Source of the DNA: Escherichia phage vB_EcoM_EP32a
Direction: 5' to 3' (one strand)
DNA: 64,000 nucleotides
Sequence record: OR544954
Below, in pieces: positions 1 to 11,850 of the stretch (positions within the stretch are counted from its first letter, which is position 1; each line of letters begins with the position of its first letter). Made by a program: the position numbers and the translations under genes. The notes beneath the pieces are model-generated. The model ran no database searches. It saw only the letters and a program-made list of their open reading frames with translations, and was not told the origin of the DNA.

Positions 1-1898
1 GACCATGTGGTATCTTTTTCTTGGTTTTGTAACGATGCTGTTAAGAATACATTAGTAGGCTTCCAAATTATAGAAACATTATCTCTAACACGGTAACTAA
101 AATCATAATAAGAAATAATCTCACCTGATGCTTTATAGAAAATCATGCCGGATGCATATTTTTTAAATCCGGTGAAATCTACGTTAGGCATCACTATTGT
201 ACAGTCACCGTCCTTCCAATATTCATGAACTTCACGGTCTGGAGAACTAAGTGGATGACTCTCAATAACCTTAGTGTAAAGTAAATCAGAATAAATTACA
301 ACGACCTTGTCTGAGTTATTAATCCAACAACGAGTACCAGACTTTCTAGAATAACTAAAGAATGGCTCAGCATAGTATTCCATCGGTTGAGGAGTAAACG
401 ATTCCCATTGAGAGTCTTCGGTTGAAATAAATGACATCATATGATAATGTTTATCAGCCAACCATTCGCGAGGATACTCGTATTTAACAGCACCGATTAA
501 ACCGTACTTGGCTTGTGTTTTTGGGTCATCAACAATATCTGATTCTAAAAATTTAAAATTACTAGATGAAATAGATAACTCAACACCATCAGTAGACATA
601 CTGGTGTACCCAGGTTCAATACGACGGCGTTCTTCTTCAGTATTACCAAACACACGTTTAAATGTGCCAGCATCATGGTCTAGAACGTAAACACCCTTAT
701 CAACAGAATCAACAATAGGAGTGGTCCTCGGGTCGTCATTAAGATTAACAACTTCACCGATAATCAGTGCAAATATTTTACCACCAACAGAATCCATTTT
801 ATAGCAAACTGCCTTAGGGTTACCTGTGATGTTAAATGTTTCTTGTTCAAACAAACGTTCGGAATATGTCGGAGATAATGGGTCCGAATCAATAGGGGCA
901 TTACTAGTTTTAATAAAACGAACTTTATCTCGAGCAGCAACGTATACATAATCGTCATTGCAAACGATAGCTTCTGCAATACGCGATACGTTAGCAGGTA
1001 ATGATGCGTAGTTACCAAATATTTCTACATCAAATCCTAAATTTAATTGGTCGCCAATTTTAGCAAATGTTATATCTTGAGAACTAAATCTCACATCATC
1101 AGCAGACCAACGAACGTCAGTTGATTTACGGCCGTAAAATAATTTATCATACCCAAGAACATACGTGGTGTGATCTGTCTGGTAATACACTGTTCTTGAT
1201 ACAGGGTACCCTACACGGTCATTAAACAATTTAACCGATTTCCAGGTTTGTCCCTTATCATTAGAGACTTTAACCACAGGCTGGTACCGTTCAAACAAAT
1301 AAAGAATTCCTTCGGATTCCATCAAATAAACGCGGTTTATATCATGACACACCTGTTGAATCGAACCTTGAATTTCATGATACTCATTTTCGCCAATAAT
1401 GAAATTTTTAATAGATGAAATATCCGCATAAGCAGGGCTAAATTGGAACGATTCATTCATTAGAGCTGCCATTATAGTGTCGTTATTAAAATCGACATAA
1501 GTCGTGTTGTTATTTGTAAATTTTTCTCTAATAAAAGTGTTAGCCAATTGCATTTCAATCATATGTTGAAATGTATACGCGTTGGTCTGAAATGATTCAA
1601 ATATTTCGGTGTATACCCAATCAGATCTCTCGAAGCCTTCGGCGGCAGTTGATACACGAATAATATAAGAAGTTAATGGGTCTAAGCTACTTTCGAACCA
1701 ATTGCTATTAGGAGTATATCCTAAATTTATCCATCTGTAGTTGGCAGGGGGAATTATTTCCCCGTCTGCCGTTTTAGTCTCAGCGATTTCTACGAAATAG
1801 TAGAAATTAGCACCAACGTCATCCCAGCGTATTTGAACTTGGTTAGCGGACAACTTGGATATTCTGAGACTTGTGACTGCTGGCGCTTTTACTGTCAT
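1..1898 (-). CDS. 7: baseplate wedge protein gp7, N-terminal part (gene continues beyond window start)
   Basis: Minus-strand translation from ATG at 1898 reads [13 protein letters not shown]... and stays open to position 1; matches recalled T4 gp7 N-terminus; ATGA overlap with gene 6 stop. Missing from ORF track only because it runs off the window. Confidence 0.85.
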   Translation of the reverse strand, partial: MTVKAPAVTSLRISKLSANQVQIRWDDVGANFYYFVEIAETKTADGEIIPPANYRWINLGYTPNSNWFESSLDPLTSYIIRVSTAAEGFERSDWVYTEIFESFQTNAYTFQHMIEMQLANTFIREKFTNNNTTYVDFNNDTIMAALMNESFQFSPAYADISSIKNFIIGENEYHEIQGSIQQVCHDINRVYLMESEGILYLFERYQPVVKVSNDKGQTWKSVKLFNDRVGYPVSRTVYYQTDHTTYVLGYDKLFYGRKSTDVRWSADDVRFSSQDITFAKIGDQLNLGFDVEIFGNYASLPANVSRIAEAIVCNDDYVYVAARDKVRFIKTSNAPIDSDPLSPTYSERLFEQETFNITGNPKAVCYKMDSVGGKIFALIIGEVVNLNDDPRTTPIVDSVDKGVYVLDHDAGTFKRVFGNTEEERRRIEPGYTSMSTDGVELSISSSNFKFLESDIVDDPKTQAKYGLIGAVKYEYPREWLADKHYHMMSFISTEDSQWESFTPQPMEYYAEPFFSYSRKSGTRCWINNSDKVVVIYSDLLYTKVIESHPLSSPDREVHEYWKDGDCTIVMPNVDFTGFKKYASGMIFYKASGEIISYYDFSYRVRDNVSIIWKPTNVFLTASLQNQEKDTTW

Positions 1899-3925
1899 TG
1901 TGAAATAGGCTCCAAATCTATAGTTAAGTACTGAGGACGTAAGTCATTTTCGAATACGATTAAAGAACCATCCTTTGTAAAAATAATATCATCTGCAGGG
2001 TCGGAATAAAGTTCAATTGTTTGAACTTCAAAACGGTCTGAAGTGAGGTCAATTTTAGCAATGTTCCAATAAATCGAATCGGCAGGATAATTCACTTCAC
2101 CAATTGAATAGTATTTGTTTCGTCCGTCAGTAACAGTAAGTTTATTAAAATCATTACCTGTATAAGGTTGTATATTTTCGTTTTCAACAACATCACCGTC
2201 TGCAAATGGACCAATAATAACTTGACCTATGCCACGATCATTACGGTCAGAAGATACTATGCGAACACCGTATTTAATAGTTTCGTTTGCATTTTCTGGA
2301 TTAGGTCTGTGTGAATCAAACGAGAATATATTAGATTCCATCGATCTATCTTTAATCTGATTATTGTATTTAATACCGGCCTCAGGCGTTTTATAGAAGT
2401 TTTGTACTTCGCGAACCATTTGAATAGTAGCTGAAGAACCAATAATAGAAATATCTGCATCATCGACATAAGTTAGCATTTTAGATTTTGCAAACGATGA
2501 GTTAAAAATTTCTACATCTTCAATATAATAACGGTCTATTTTATTAATAATCTGCCCTTCAAGATATTGTTCTGATTCCTGGAGTTTATTCAAAGCGTAC
2601 GTAACTTTGATATTCATTTTGATAAACAAATAATCAGGCGAAATAACAACAGGTGTAATAGTCCCTAAGTTATAATCATTTAAATAGTTTTTGATATCAT
2701 CACGTTGAACAGAAGTCAAATACAACCCAGACTTAGGTTTAGCAGCAATAAATGCGTACCCTGGTTTAGATGAATCTGTGAATGTTTGAACCGCTTGAAT
2801 AATAGAACCAAACCGCTCAGAGACGAATGTGTCATAGTCGGAAGCTGTTACACAACGTTGTTGAGTTTCGCGTTTAATTGTGCCTAATTCGCGGATACGT
2901 TCAATATCTTCAGGGTCACCACCACCATCGGCCCCGACAAAGTCCGGGTTGTTGCTAGGGTTCTCGTTAATATCGATTACCGTGATATTAGCTAATGTAT
3001 CGGCATAAGAAAATCCTACAGCTCCGTTAGCATCTGCACCATTAGTAGAAATATACTCAATTACGATTTTAGAACCCTGAACAGGTTTAAGGCCACCAAT
3101 ATAGTTAGATGTTAACGCGCCTTCTGATGTGTTAATAGAGATTTCGCCTTCGCCAAAATAAAATTCGGTATTCCCATCAACTGTTTCACGCATATAATAG
3201 ATTGTTGACGTAGAACCAGCGTGAACCATCGACTTACGAGTCCAGTTAATCCATTCTGCTCCATCAACGTATAACTTAACCAAATTACGGTCAATATTCT
3301 TATCACGAATAATGATAGGTTTTAATTTATCAAAGGTTAATTCAGTGCGAACAATACGTCCTTGAGCTAATCGAAGACGTGGAAAATATTGGTTATTTTT
3401 GTCTTTAACTACAATGACATCTTCAGTAGAAACAAAGTTATACGGGTTAACAGAAGTATCTTTAGCGTATGCTAAGAAACGAGTGCCACGTGGAATGGTG
3501 ATATAGTTTCTATTTAATGCATCCGTACATGTGAGCATAATTTCTGTTTGTGCTGCCGATTTAGATGAAGGCAGATATCCGTTATCTTGAGCCGCTTGTA
3601 CAACAGAACTACGCAAGTTTGCAGTACGCATAAAACTTTCATACACTGCACTATTACTGAACTGTTGGATATAAAGAGTGTTATATGCTAAAAGGTCGCA
3701 CAATACGTTTAAGCGTGAACCTTCAAAATCATAATCAAGAAATTCATTCTGTCCATGGAGCCATTCGATAATGTTTTGTTTGATTTCGGCAAATGTGCCC
3801 CCGATAAAAATCTCGGGAATAGCATTCGCTGTTCGGGCTAATTGATAATTTACAGGAGTGTTTGCCATTTTAATTCCTATTTTATAAAGACTTTTGACGA
3901 GGCCTGAGAAACAGTATCCCCGCAT
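1895..3925 (-). CDS. 6: baseplate wedge protein gp6
   Basis: 676-aa ORF starting [25 protein letters not shown]4 gp6-like; position between 5.4 and 7. Confidence 0.9.
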   Translation of the reverse strand: MRGYCFSGLVKSLYKIGIKMANTPVNYQLARTANAIPEIFIGGTFAEIKQNIIEWLHGQNEFLDYDFEGSRLNVLCDLLAYNTLYIQQFSNSAVYESFMRTANLRSSVVQAAQDNGYLPSSKSAAQTEIMLTCTDALNRNYITIPRGTRFLAYAKDTSVNPYNFVSTEDVIVVKDKNNQYFPRLRLAQGRIVRTELTFDKLKPIIIRDKNIDRNLVKLYVDGAEWINWTRKSMVHAGSTSTIYYMRETVDGNTEFYFGEGEISINTSEGALTSNYIGGLKPVQGSKIVIEYISTNGADANGAVGFSYADTLANITVIDINENPSNNPDFVGADGGGDPEDIERIRELGTIKRETQQRCVTASDYDTFVSERFGSIIQAVQTFTDSSKPGYAFIAAKPKSGLYLTSVQRDDIKNYLNDYNLGTITPVVISPDYLFIKMNIKVTYALNKLQESEQYLEGQIINKIDRYYIEDVEIFNSSFAKSKMLTYVDDADISIIGSSATIQMVREVQNFYKTPEAGIKYNNQIKDRSMESNIFSFDSHRPNPENANETIKYGVRIVSSDRNDRGIGQVIIGPFADGDVVENENIQPYTGNDFNKLTVTDGRNKYYSIGEVNYPADSIYWNIAKIDLTSDRFEVQTIELYSDPADDIIFTKDGSLIVFENDLRPQYLTIDLEPISQ

Positions 3926-4170
3926 GAAATTGGGTCAGCCATTTGAACGGCCTTTTTACCGGTGACGTATACTTTAGATGTACGAGGTTCAGTAACACCT
4001 CCATGAGTCTCGTATGGTTTTTTAATTTCTGTATGAGGTGTTATTTGGTCTCCTGCCACAAGAACAGGAATACCGCCGGTGAACACTTTAGATTGGGAAG
4101 CATTTATTACAGTAGGAGGCCATGCTTCATGACCTGTTGTAACGCACTTGTCGTAACTTAAGCCAGACAT
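3877..4170 (-). CDS. 5.4: gp5.4 PAAR-type baseplate spike tip protein
   Basis: Start placed at internal ATG giving [19 protein letters not shown]..., 97 aa, matching T4 gp5.4. Confidence 0.8.
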   Translation of the reverse strand: MSGLSYDKCVTTGHEAWPPTVINASQSKVFTGGIPVLVAGDQITPHTEIKKPYETHGGVTEPRTSKVYVTGKKAVQMADPISCGDTVSQASSKVFIK

Positions 4171-4172
4171 TT

Positions 4173-4688
4173 TCACGGCCTCACATAAACGTAGTTTCGT
4201 AATTGATGAGCCCATTTGCTCCAATTTCCTACTATAGTTTTTGTATAAACCTTAGTAAGAGTTTTTTGTACTGGAGCCGGTGGAGGTTCTGTACCAGAGT
4301 CACTTCTAGAACCGCCTGATGAACTTTCTTCTTGGTAGTTATAAATCATTTCAACCGTATAACTAAACACTTTACGAAGATTCTGAGGAGCTCTCCACAA
4401 ATATAACTGGGTTGATTCATCTTTTGGTAAATCATCCCATGAAGATGCGGTTTCAAAATTATCATTTAATCGGTATTTCAATGCGTCTGAAGAAAAGCTA
4501 AACACACTTTCATATGTTCCATATAAACGATTACCATCTACCGTAATGCCTTGTGTCGGTTCATAATCTGTTATATTTATTGACACTAAAGTTTCGGTTG
4601 TTTCTAACTGTGGAGTAAAAAGGACGTCAATAGACGCCCCTTCCATGTCTTCTCCTAAGTCGGTATTTAAAGGAAGTATTTGTGCCAT
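4173..4688 (-). CDS. 5.1: gp5.1 protein
   Basis: 171-aa ORF between gene 5 and 5.4 in T4 order. Confidence 0.7.
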   Translation of the reverse strand: MAQILPLNTDLGEDMEGASIDVLFTPQLETTETLVSINITDYEPTQGITVDGNRLYGTYESVFSFSSDALKYRLNDNFETASSWDDLPKDESTQLYLWRAPQNLRKVFSYTVEMIYNYQEESSSGGSRSDSGTEPPPAPVQKTLTKVYTKTIVGNWSKWAHQLRNYVYVRP

Positions 4689-4691
4689 ATA

Positions 4692-6425
4692 TTACCCAAT
4701 ATCAATACGAGATCCGTCAACAGTGTATTGTCCTGAAGCTACTGAGCTCATTGTAGACATTGTTTCTGCCCAATCCCCTGCAACAGTCATATCAACATTA
4801 CCGTTAACAGTCCATTTAACGTTTCCGTTGACGGTGTAATCATGATTCCCTTCGACCTGAGTTTTAGCATCACCTTTAACAAGAATATCTGCATTTCCGT
4901 CAACAACTATTTTGATATTCCCCTTAACGTAAAGAGTTCCATCACCTTCAACAGTTTTAGTTTGATTACCACGAATAAAGATTGTGTCATTGCCGTCTAT
5001 TTGATGGAGGCGGTCTGCCATGTTATAATATATTTCATTAGCGCCAACGTTAACAAGCTTATCGCCAGAAATCAAGAAGTTCCCATCACCATTAGTGATG
5101 TCATAAAGGTCTTCTACAGTTTTACGAGTACGACGCCCGGACGGAGAAACTTCCTCATATGACCCTGTTGGATGAACTAAGCGATAACGTTCATTACCTG
5201 GAGTATCGTCAAATTCTTGGATATGACCACTTTCTGTTTCCATAGCATGAACGTATGGATACTCACCACGATAACTTGATTCTGGTTCTTTAAAAAGGAT
5301 GCGTGAATCTAATGGAACAGGAGGACCAGCCGGGTCTTCTGAATCGGTATTTCTAGTAACTAAATCGGCACCAACTCCTGGTGAAGGAGGTGTTTTAACA
5401 GGAACACCGTATGATTCCATATTACCTGTTAAAATAATTGTTGTTACACGTGAAGCGCGTCCTTTAGTCTGTTGGAACCATAATGAATCGCGCCCAGATT
5501 TGTATGCAGTTTTCCAATCACCTTCGGCCATTGCTTTAAGCATAGTATTGAATTTTGCTACACCACCAACGCCCATTTGGAAGCACATGTTTTCTAATGC
5601 CATTTGGCGAGATCTGTTCATTTTAGCATAAACAGGACCCACTTTAGAATTAGAACGAATGTCTTTCTGCATCTTAGCAAGGTCTTTCTCAAATAACGCT
5701 GTTGCTTCTTCTAATGTAATAGTCCCGGGATTTCCTGTTACTTCACGCCCTACTTGATCAGATAACAATTTATTAATTCGAGACATATCTCGGGTCTTTT
5801 CCATTACGATAAGGTGTCCAATACCTACTGTAGGATACCCGAGATGGTCCCAATACACTTTATCACGAAGACCTTCGTCACGACGTAACATTTCTGTTAT
5901 TGTAAAATTAGGGTCATCATCTTCTGGAATATTTGCTAAATCTGTATCATCTGGGTTTATACCATAATCCAAGTTGTTATCTTGAATTACGTTAGAGTTC
6001 GAATAATAACCAGCTTCACCACCTTGGTTTAATACGTTCGTATCATTACCTAAACGTCGTGGATATTGACCTGTAGGGTCGGAAAAACCTTCGAGTCTAT
6101 TAGGCTTTTCGCGTACAATTCCACCGTATGTACCGAGTACAATACCGTTTGTTTTCCATTTGTCTAAGAAATGACCATATACTCTAGTTCCTTCAACAGG
6201 ACCTGTAACAGAACCACCAATACCTGACATTGACGCAGACGTAATAGGTTGAATAACAGTCATCCACGGAAGTTTTTCTGTAGGAATACCTTGTACGTCA
6301 CCTTGTGCTCTCTGTGCCGGATGAAGACCAACGACTCGAACTCGAACTCGCCCTTGTTTTAATGGGTCCATTCTGTCCTCGACAACACCAACGAACCAAT
6401 TAAGGCTACTGCTAATCATTTCCAT
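4692..6425 (-). CDS. 5: baseplate hub / tail lysozyme gp5
   Basis: 577 aa; internal lysozyme-like segment (GYPTVGIGHL); C-terminal beta-helix repeats (VxGNxxxTVxGN). Confidence 0.92.
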   Translation of the reverse strand: MEMISSSLNWFVGVVEDRMDPLKQGRVRVRVVGLHPAQRAQGDVQGIPTEKLPWMTVIQPITSASMSGIGGSVTGPVEGTRVYGHFLDKWKTNGIVLGTYGGIVREKPNRLEGFSDPTGQYPRRLGNDTNVLNQGGEAGYYSNSNVIQDNNLDYGINPDDTDLANIPEDDDPNFTITEMLRRDEGLRDKVYWDHLGYPTVGIGHLIVMEKTRDMSRINKLLSDQVGREVTGNPGTITLEEATALFEKDLAKMQKDIRSNSKVGPVYAKMNRSRQMALENMCFQMGVGGVAKFNTMLKAMAEGDWKTAYKSGRDSLWFQQTKGRASRVTTIILTGNMESYGVPVKTPPSPGVGADLVTRNTDSEDPAGPPVPLDSRILFKEPESSYRGEYPYVHAMETESGHIQEFDDTPGNERYRLVHPTGSYEEVSPSGRRTRKTVEDLYDITNGDGNFLISGDKLVNVGANEIYYNMADRLHQIDGNDTIFIRGNQTKTVEGDGTLYVKGNIKIVVDGNADILVKGDAKTQVEGNHDYTVNGNVKWTVNGNVDMTVAGDWAETMSTMSSVASGQYTVDGSRIDIG

Positions 6426-7000
6426 TATGCAATCTCCATCTCACGAATCAAATCTGTGATAAACGAGTTTATATCTTCTTTTGCAACAATTTTTATTTTA
6501 CGAAGTTTTTCATTATCTAATACTGCCGCTTCATAAGTATCTACTGCAGCTAAAGGTCCTTTATATTGCGGATACTTACGAGCTTCATCACCTTTATCGT
6601 ACCACACTAAAGGCTCGTCCGGATATGAAACCAAATTGTAAAATTTCTCACGGTTCTCGTTAATATGATAAAGAATTTGGTCTCCGCCGGCATTTGCATA
6701 TTTCTGAATAGAAGCTTGATACGCTGCTTCCTGAGATGTAATCCAACCATAATACGGGTCGTAGTTATCGTTGCACATCAAAAGAACCCAGTATAATTGT
6801 GGGTTTCCATAAATTATGTTTGCTAGTTCTTCAGGACGTGGAGAGCCTTTAATGTAATAAGAACGTAATCTATAATTGGCCGCCACACGCTTAAAGTACT
6901 CTTTATAGTTACGAAATATGTCTGTCATAGGAATAGTAGGTGCATTCTTATTAACTGTTTTAGCACTATATCCTATTGGGTCGAAGAATGTAAATAACAA
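6425..7000 (-). CDS. 53: baseplate wedge protein gp53
   Basis: 191 aa, MLFTFFDPIGYSAKTVNKNAPTIPMTDIFRNY matches recalled T4 gp53; apparent TTG start with AAGGAG SD. Confidence 0.85.
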   Translation of the reverse strand: MLFTFFDPIGYSAKTVNKNAPTIPMTDIFRNYKEYFKRVAANYRLRSYYIKGSPRPEELANIIYGNPQLYWVLLMCNDNYDPYYGWITSQEAAYQASIQKYANAGGDQILYHINENREKFYNLVSYPDEPLVWYDKGDEARKYPQYKGPLAAVDTYEAAVLDNEKLRKIKIVAKEDINSFITDLIREMEIA

Positions 7001-7027
7001 GATAGTCTCCTTCCAATATGAAATTGG

Positions 7028-7035
7028 TATAAATA
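7028..7035 (+). promoter_or_regulatory. T4 late promoter motif TATAAATA upstream of gene 4
   Basis: Exact TATAAATA about 27 nt upstream of gene 4 ATG. Confidence 0.6.
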
Positions 7036-7042
7036 ATAATAC

Positions 7043-7050
7043 TATTTATA
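7043..7050 (-). promoter_or_regulatory. T4 late promoter motif TATAAATA (minus strand) upstream of gene 53
   Basis: Reverse complement of tatttata, oriented toward the gene 53 start. Confidence 0.55.
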
Positions 7051-7061
7051 AGGAGGACAAC

Positions 7062-7511
7062 ATGGCCTACTCTGGTAAATGGGTCCCAAAAAATTTAAAA
7101 AAATACCGTGGAGACCATACCAAAATAACGTATCGTTCAAACTGGGAAAAATTCTTTTTCGAATGGTTGGATAAAAATCCAGAAATTATTGCATGGGGTA
7201 GTGAAACAGCAGTAATTCCATATTTTTGTAATGCTGAAGGTAAGAAACGTCGATACTATATGGACATATGGATGAAAGATGCATCAGGCCAAGAGTTTTT
7301 TGTAGAAATAAAACCAAAGAAAGAAACTCAACCACCTATTAAGCCCGTAAATCTTACGACCGCAGCAAAGAAACGTTATATGAATGAAATCTACACGTGG
7401 TCTGTGAACTGTGACAAATGGAAAGCTGCTTCAGCTGTTGCTGAAAAGAGAAATATAAAATTTCGAGTTCTAACCGAAGATGGACTTAGGAAACTCGGAT
7501 ACAAGGGGTAA
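7062..7511 (+). CDS. 4: head completion protein gp4
   Basis: [24 protein letters not shown]..., 149 aa, AGGAGG SD; start moved from ORF-track 6918 to ATG 7062. Confidence 0.88.
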   Translation: MAYSGKWVPKNLKKYRGDHTKITYRSNWEKFFFEWLDKNPEIIAWGSETAVIPYFCNAEGKKRRYYMDIWMKDASGQEFFVEIKPKKETQPPIKPVNLTTAAKKRYMNEIYTWSVNCDKWKAASAVAEKRNIKFRVLTEDGLRKLGYKG

Positions 7512-7513
7512 TT

Positions 7514-8335
7514 ATGAGCATATTCCAAATTATATCTGAAGGCGTACAAGCCCCTAAGATTGCTCAGTCTATGAATGAAAGAAAATGGATTGAGATAGGA
7601 TTAGAATACAAGAAAGCTAAAGAGAAAGGAATCACTGCAAAAGCATTTGCAGAATCAAAAGGAATAAAATACTCGTCGTTTACATCTGCAATGTCTAGAT
7701 ATGCATCATCTATTAAGACTGCACAGAAAATTGAAACGCTTGAATCTAAACCTAAAAATAAACTCAATAAGCAAGAACGTCAACTTCTGATGATAAACTC
7801 GTTTCGCAGTTCAATACGAGAAAAGATTAGAAATGAAGGCGCAGCAGTAAACAACAAATCATCTAAGTGGTTTGTTGAAACAATTAAGAAAAGTGTAAAA
7901 GGTCATAAAGTAGTCAAACCTACGCCAGGCAAAATTTATACTTACGTTTATGATGCTAAACATAAAGATACTCTGCCATACTGGGACCGATATCCTTTGA
8001 TTATTTATTTAGGATTAGGTAAACATAATTTGATGTATGGGTTAAACTTGCACTATATCCCACCTAAAGCGCGTCAACAGTTTCTTGAAGAATTGCTGAA
8101 GCAATATGCTAGCACAACTACTATTACTAATAACACAAAGTTGAAAATAGACTGGAGTAAGGTGAAAGGATTTCAAGGTGCTGACAAAATGATTAAAGCA
8201 TACTTGCCAGGCCACATTAGAGGAACAATAACAGAAATAGCTCCTAAAGACTGGGCTAACATAATCATGTTACCTACTCAGCAGTTTATGTCAAAAGGAA
8301 AACGTTTCTCTGCGAATACTGTTTGGAAATCTTAA
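7514..8335 (+). CDS. 2: DNA end protector protein gp2
   Basis: 273 aa, position and size match T4 gp2. Confidence 0.8.
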   Translation: MSIFQIISEGVQAPKIAQSMNERKWIEIGLEYKKAKEKGITAKAFAESKGIKYSSFTSAMSRYASSIKTAQKIETLESKPKNKLNKQERQLLMINSFRSSIREKIRNEGAAVNNKSSKWFVETIKKSVKGHKVVKPTPGKIYTYVYDAKHKDTLPYWDRYPLIIYLGLGKHNLMYGLNLHYIPPKARQQFLEELLKQYASTTTITNNTKLKIDWSKVKGFQGADKMIKAYLPGHIRGTITEIAPKDWANIIMLPTQQFMSKGKRFSANTVWKS

Positions 8336-8437
8336 TTCTATTCTCTTCCGTTCGTCTGATATTCTATTGAACCGGATTAATGGAAGAGACCTAAAACCAT
8401 TATACTGCATTTTTATTAAAGCGTTTTTGAGGTGCTT

Positions 8438-9022
8438 ATGACTCGTCCAGCGAGACAGATTTTTAACCAAACAAATATAACAAACTTTGTTGTGGATATC
8501 CCAGATAGTACACGAACTTCAGGTTTTGTGCTCAATGCCCAAACGGCTCCATTGCCAGGTGTGAGAATTCCTGTTGTTGAAACTGTGACAGGCACAATGG
8601 GGCTAGGACGTGCAATGCGTGCAGGCACCACATTTGAATATGACCCTTTTATTGTACGATTTATAGTTGATGAAGACATGACGTCCTGGATGAACATGTA
8701 TAAATGGATGCTCAGCACTAATAACTATATAACCGGCCATAATACAGCCCACTCTGATGGTCCTGAGTTTGTTACTTTGCACATTTTAAACAACAATAAG
8801 ACCGAAGTAGTTTTGACGGCAAATTTCTATAAACCATGGATTTCTGATTTGAGTGAAATTGAATTTAGTTACACTGAAGACTCCGACCCTGCCGTTACGT
8901 GCGTAGCAACTATTCATTACGCTTATATGACGATAGAAAAAGATGGTGAAGTCATTGTATCTCAACAACCACGTCAAGCGGTCGAATCTAAATCCATTTC
9001 TAGACACCCTTCCTTGCGTTAA
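8438..9022 (+). CDS. 3: tail completion / sheath stabiliser protein gp3
   Basis: ORF between genes 2 and 1 as in T4; start at ATG 8438 after GAGG. Confidence 0.7.
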   Translation: MTRPARQIFNQTNITNFVVDIPDSTRTSGFVLNAQTAPLPGVRIPVVETVTGTMGLGRAMRAGTTFEYDPFIVRFIVDEDMTSWMNMYKWMLSTNNYITGHNTAHSDGPEFVTLHILNNNKTEVVLTANFYKPWISDLSEIEFSYTEDSDPAVTCVATIHYAYMTIEKDGEVIVSQQPRQAVESKSISRHPSLR

Positions 9023-9075
9023 TCGCTTCTAGCTCCGTATGTTATAATCACTCATAAATTATATGAGGAAAACCT

Positions 9076-9810
9076 ATGGAGCTAATCTTTTTAAGCGGCA
9101 TCAAACGTAGTGGTAAAGACACCACTGCTGATTACATCAATTCAAACTTTAAATCCGTAAAATATCAATTGGCATATCCAATTAAAGACGCTCTAGCAAT
9201 AGCCTGGGGACGTAGGCATGCTGAAAATCCTGATGTATTCACAGAGTTGAAATACGAATACTTTGAAGGCATTGGATACGACCGTGAAACACCATTAAAT
9301 CTCAATAAGTTGGATGTTATTGAATTATTGGAAGAAGCGCTAATTTATTTGCAAAGCCAATATTTACCAATTAATAATGTTAAAGTATTATCATCGTTAG
9401 AAGGTGGATATTCGTATCTAGATATTAAACCATATGAAGCCCTGCGTGAAGCTATAAATAATATCAACGACACATGGTCAATCCGCCGTCTTATGCAAGC
9501 CCTCGGTACGGATGTTGTCGTTAATTTATTTGACCGTATGTATTGGGTTAAACTTTTTGCATTAAACTATATGGATTATATTGGAAGTGATTTCGATTAC
9601 TATGTCGTAACCGATACACGTCAAGTCCATGAAATGGAAACCGCTAGAGCGATGGGTGCTACAGTTATTCATGTGGTTCGCTCTGGTACGGAATCCACCG
9701 ATAAACATATTACAGAAGCTGGGTTGCCTATTGAAGAAGGCGATTTAGTTATTACAAACGACGGCTCTTTAGAAGAGCTTTATTCTAAAATTGAAACAAT
9801 CTTAAGGTAA
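9076..9810 (+). CDS. 1: deoxynucleoside monophosphate kinase gp1
   Basis: 244 aa, P-loop GIKRSGKDTTAD, similar to recalled T4 gp1. Confidence 0.88.
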   Translation: MELIFLSGIKRSGKDTTADYINSNFKSVKYQLAYPIKDALAIAWGRRHAENPDVFTELKYEYFEGIGYDRETPLNLNKLDVIELLEEALIYLQSQYLPINNVKVLSSLEGGYSYLDIKPYEALREAINNINDTWSIRRLMQALGTDVVVNLFDRMYWVKLFALNYMDYIGSDFDYYVVTDTRQVHEMETARAMGATVIHVVRSGTESTDKHITEAGLPIEEGDLVITNDGSLEELYSKIETILR

Positions 9811-9814
9811 TAAA

Positions 9815-10500
<686 letters not shown>

Positions 10501-10511
10501 TTTTTACAAAA

Positions 10512-10552
10512 CAGTTTACATAAGGATGATGGTGTGTTACTATCATCCTATC
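10512..10552 (+). promoter_or_regulatory. T4-type early promoter with flanking inverted repeat
   Basis: GTTTACA ... TACTAT; palindrome AGGATGAT/ATCATCCT around -10. Confidence 0.5.
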
Positions 10553-10577
10553 AAATAAACAGCCTCAAGGAAATAAA

Positions 10578-10865
10578 ATGAAAACCTATAAAGAATTTAT
10601 ATCACCTGTTGCTAACGTTTCTACTCTGACCGAAGCATCCCTTACTTCTGAAGTTATTAAAACAAATAAAGGACGTGAGGGTAAACCAATGATTAGTCTG
10701 GTTGATGGTGAAGAAGTAAAAGGTACTGTTTACTTAGGGGATGGATGGTCTGCTAAGAAAGATGGCGCTACTATTGTTATCTCTCCGGCTGAAGAGACTG
10801 CACTGTTTAAAGCTAAGCATATTTCTGTAGCTCAGCTTAAAATTATTGCAAAAACTCTTCTGTAA
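10578..10865 (+). CDS. internal protein with capsid-targeting leader (IPI position)
   Basis: N-terminus MKTYKEFIS resembles T4 internal-protein CTS MKTYQEFIAE; 95 aa. Confidence 0.7.
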   Translation: MKTYKEFISPVANVSTLTEASLTSEVIKTNKGREGKPMISLVDGEEVKGTVYLGDGWSAKKDGATIVISPAEETALFKAKHISVAQLKIIAKTLL

Positions 10866-10867
10866 GT

Positions 10868-10906
10868 AGTTTACATGCTGATAGGACTATGTTATAGTAG
10901 TCCTAT
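10868..10906 (+). promoter_or_regulatory. T4-type early promoter with flanking inverted repeat
   Basis: GTTTACA, -10 TATAGT inside palindrome GATAGGACTA/TAGTCCTATC. Confidence 0.5.
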
Positions 10907-10935
10907 CAAATCAAATGAGTAAATGGAGAAATAAA

Positions 10936-11121
10936 ATGAAACGCGCTGAACTGATTCGTAATGTTGCTGTAGTAATTGCTTCAATGGCTTTTAGTTTTTC
11001 GATGTTTGTAGGATTCATTTGTGGACTACTGACAACAACTGAAAACTCTATCTCATTGGTAGTAGCATTTCTAATCGGCTTAATCGCTATCGTTATGGAT
11101 AAAATTGCAAAAGGTGAGTAA
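10936..11121 (+). CDS. small hydrophobic membrane protein
   Basis: ATG after GGAG; hydrophobic 61-aa product. Confidence 0.5.
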   Translation: MKRAELIRNVAVVIASMAFSFSMFVGFICGLLTTTENSISLVVAFLIGLIAIVMDKIAKGE

Positions 11122-11122
11122 A

Positions 11123-11485
11123 ATGAAATATCACGTATATGCTGATTTTGAAGCAAATCCTTCTAAAGACCCGGATTGTCGTTTGATACGTAATCCGTTT
11201 GATTCAGCAGCTCAAGCATGGACTTGGATTAAATCTAAATCGCCTGGTTATATGTTCTTTGAAGTAGTCGATGACAATGGTACACTGCATCCAGAACCTA
11301 CAGAAACTATTAATTTCCTTCTGTTTGCTGGTTATGACTGTTATCCTCTTGGTGGTATTGACGACCTTGTTGCTACAGGAAAAACTGTTGAGGCTCTTCG
11401 CGAAATTTATAAAAACGCAGAAGAAAATTTTGACTGGTATCATATTGTCAGTGCACATACTTTTGAAGTGGTGGAACACTCATGA
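11123..11485 (+). CDS. hypothetical protein
   Basis: ORF MKYHVYADFEANPSK..., start after GGTGAG. Confidence 0.55.
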   Translation: MKYHVYADFEANPSKDPDCRLIRNPFDSAAQAWTWIKSKSPGYMFFEVVDDNGTLHPEPTETINFLLFAGYDCYPLGGIDDLVATGKTVEALREIYKNAEENFDWYHIVSAHTFEVVEHS

Positions 11486-11552
11486 TTCTTTACGCTAAAG
11501 TAAAATCTGTCGAGAACGGATATGAAAGCGACTAGTCGATGACTATGGTATT

Positions 11553-11753
11553 TTGACTAATTTTGAAGTTGAAAAGGTTTATATCGACCGTTCATCTTCG
11601 CAAGTTAAATTACTCTGTGAAGATGATAAATTTAACACAGTGAACTTTGATTTCTTTATTGAAACAGAAAAAGGCCCTCTTGAATATGATATTTTCAAGA
11701 ATCCTTTGAAATTACGTTGCATTGAATATAATTACATTAATATGGTACGGTGA
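11553..11753 (+). CDS. hypothetical protein
   Basis: 66-aa ORF. Confidence 0.45.
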   Translation: MTNFEVEKVYIDRSSSQVKLLCEDDKFNTVNFDFFIETEKGPLEYDIFKNPLKLRCIEYNYINMVR

Positions 11754-11850
11754 TTAAATGAATATTCGTTTAGGCAGTACAATTCCTAAGGGCTACGTAA
11801 TTGATGTCACTACCTAGGAAAATGATGGTGACAACTATAAAACCAAAACA

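Noticed and set aside
2257-4161. Small ORFs inside or antisense to genes 6 and 5.4 (2257-2469, 3112-3306, 3943-4161)
   Set aside because: They are nested in well-supported baseplate genes.
6918-7511. ORF-track 197-aa ORF as the gene 4 product
   Set aside because: The upstream extension would run through the divergent late-promoter region; ATG 7062 has an AGGAGG SD and gives a 149-aa product matching T4 gp4.
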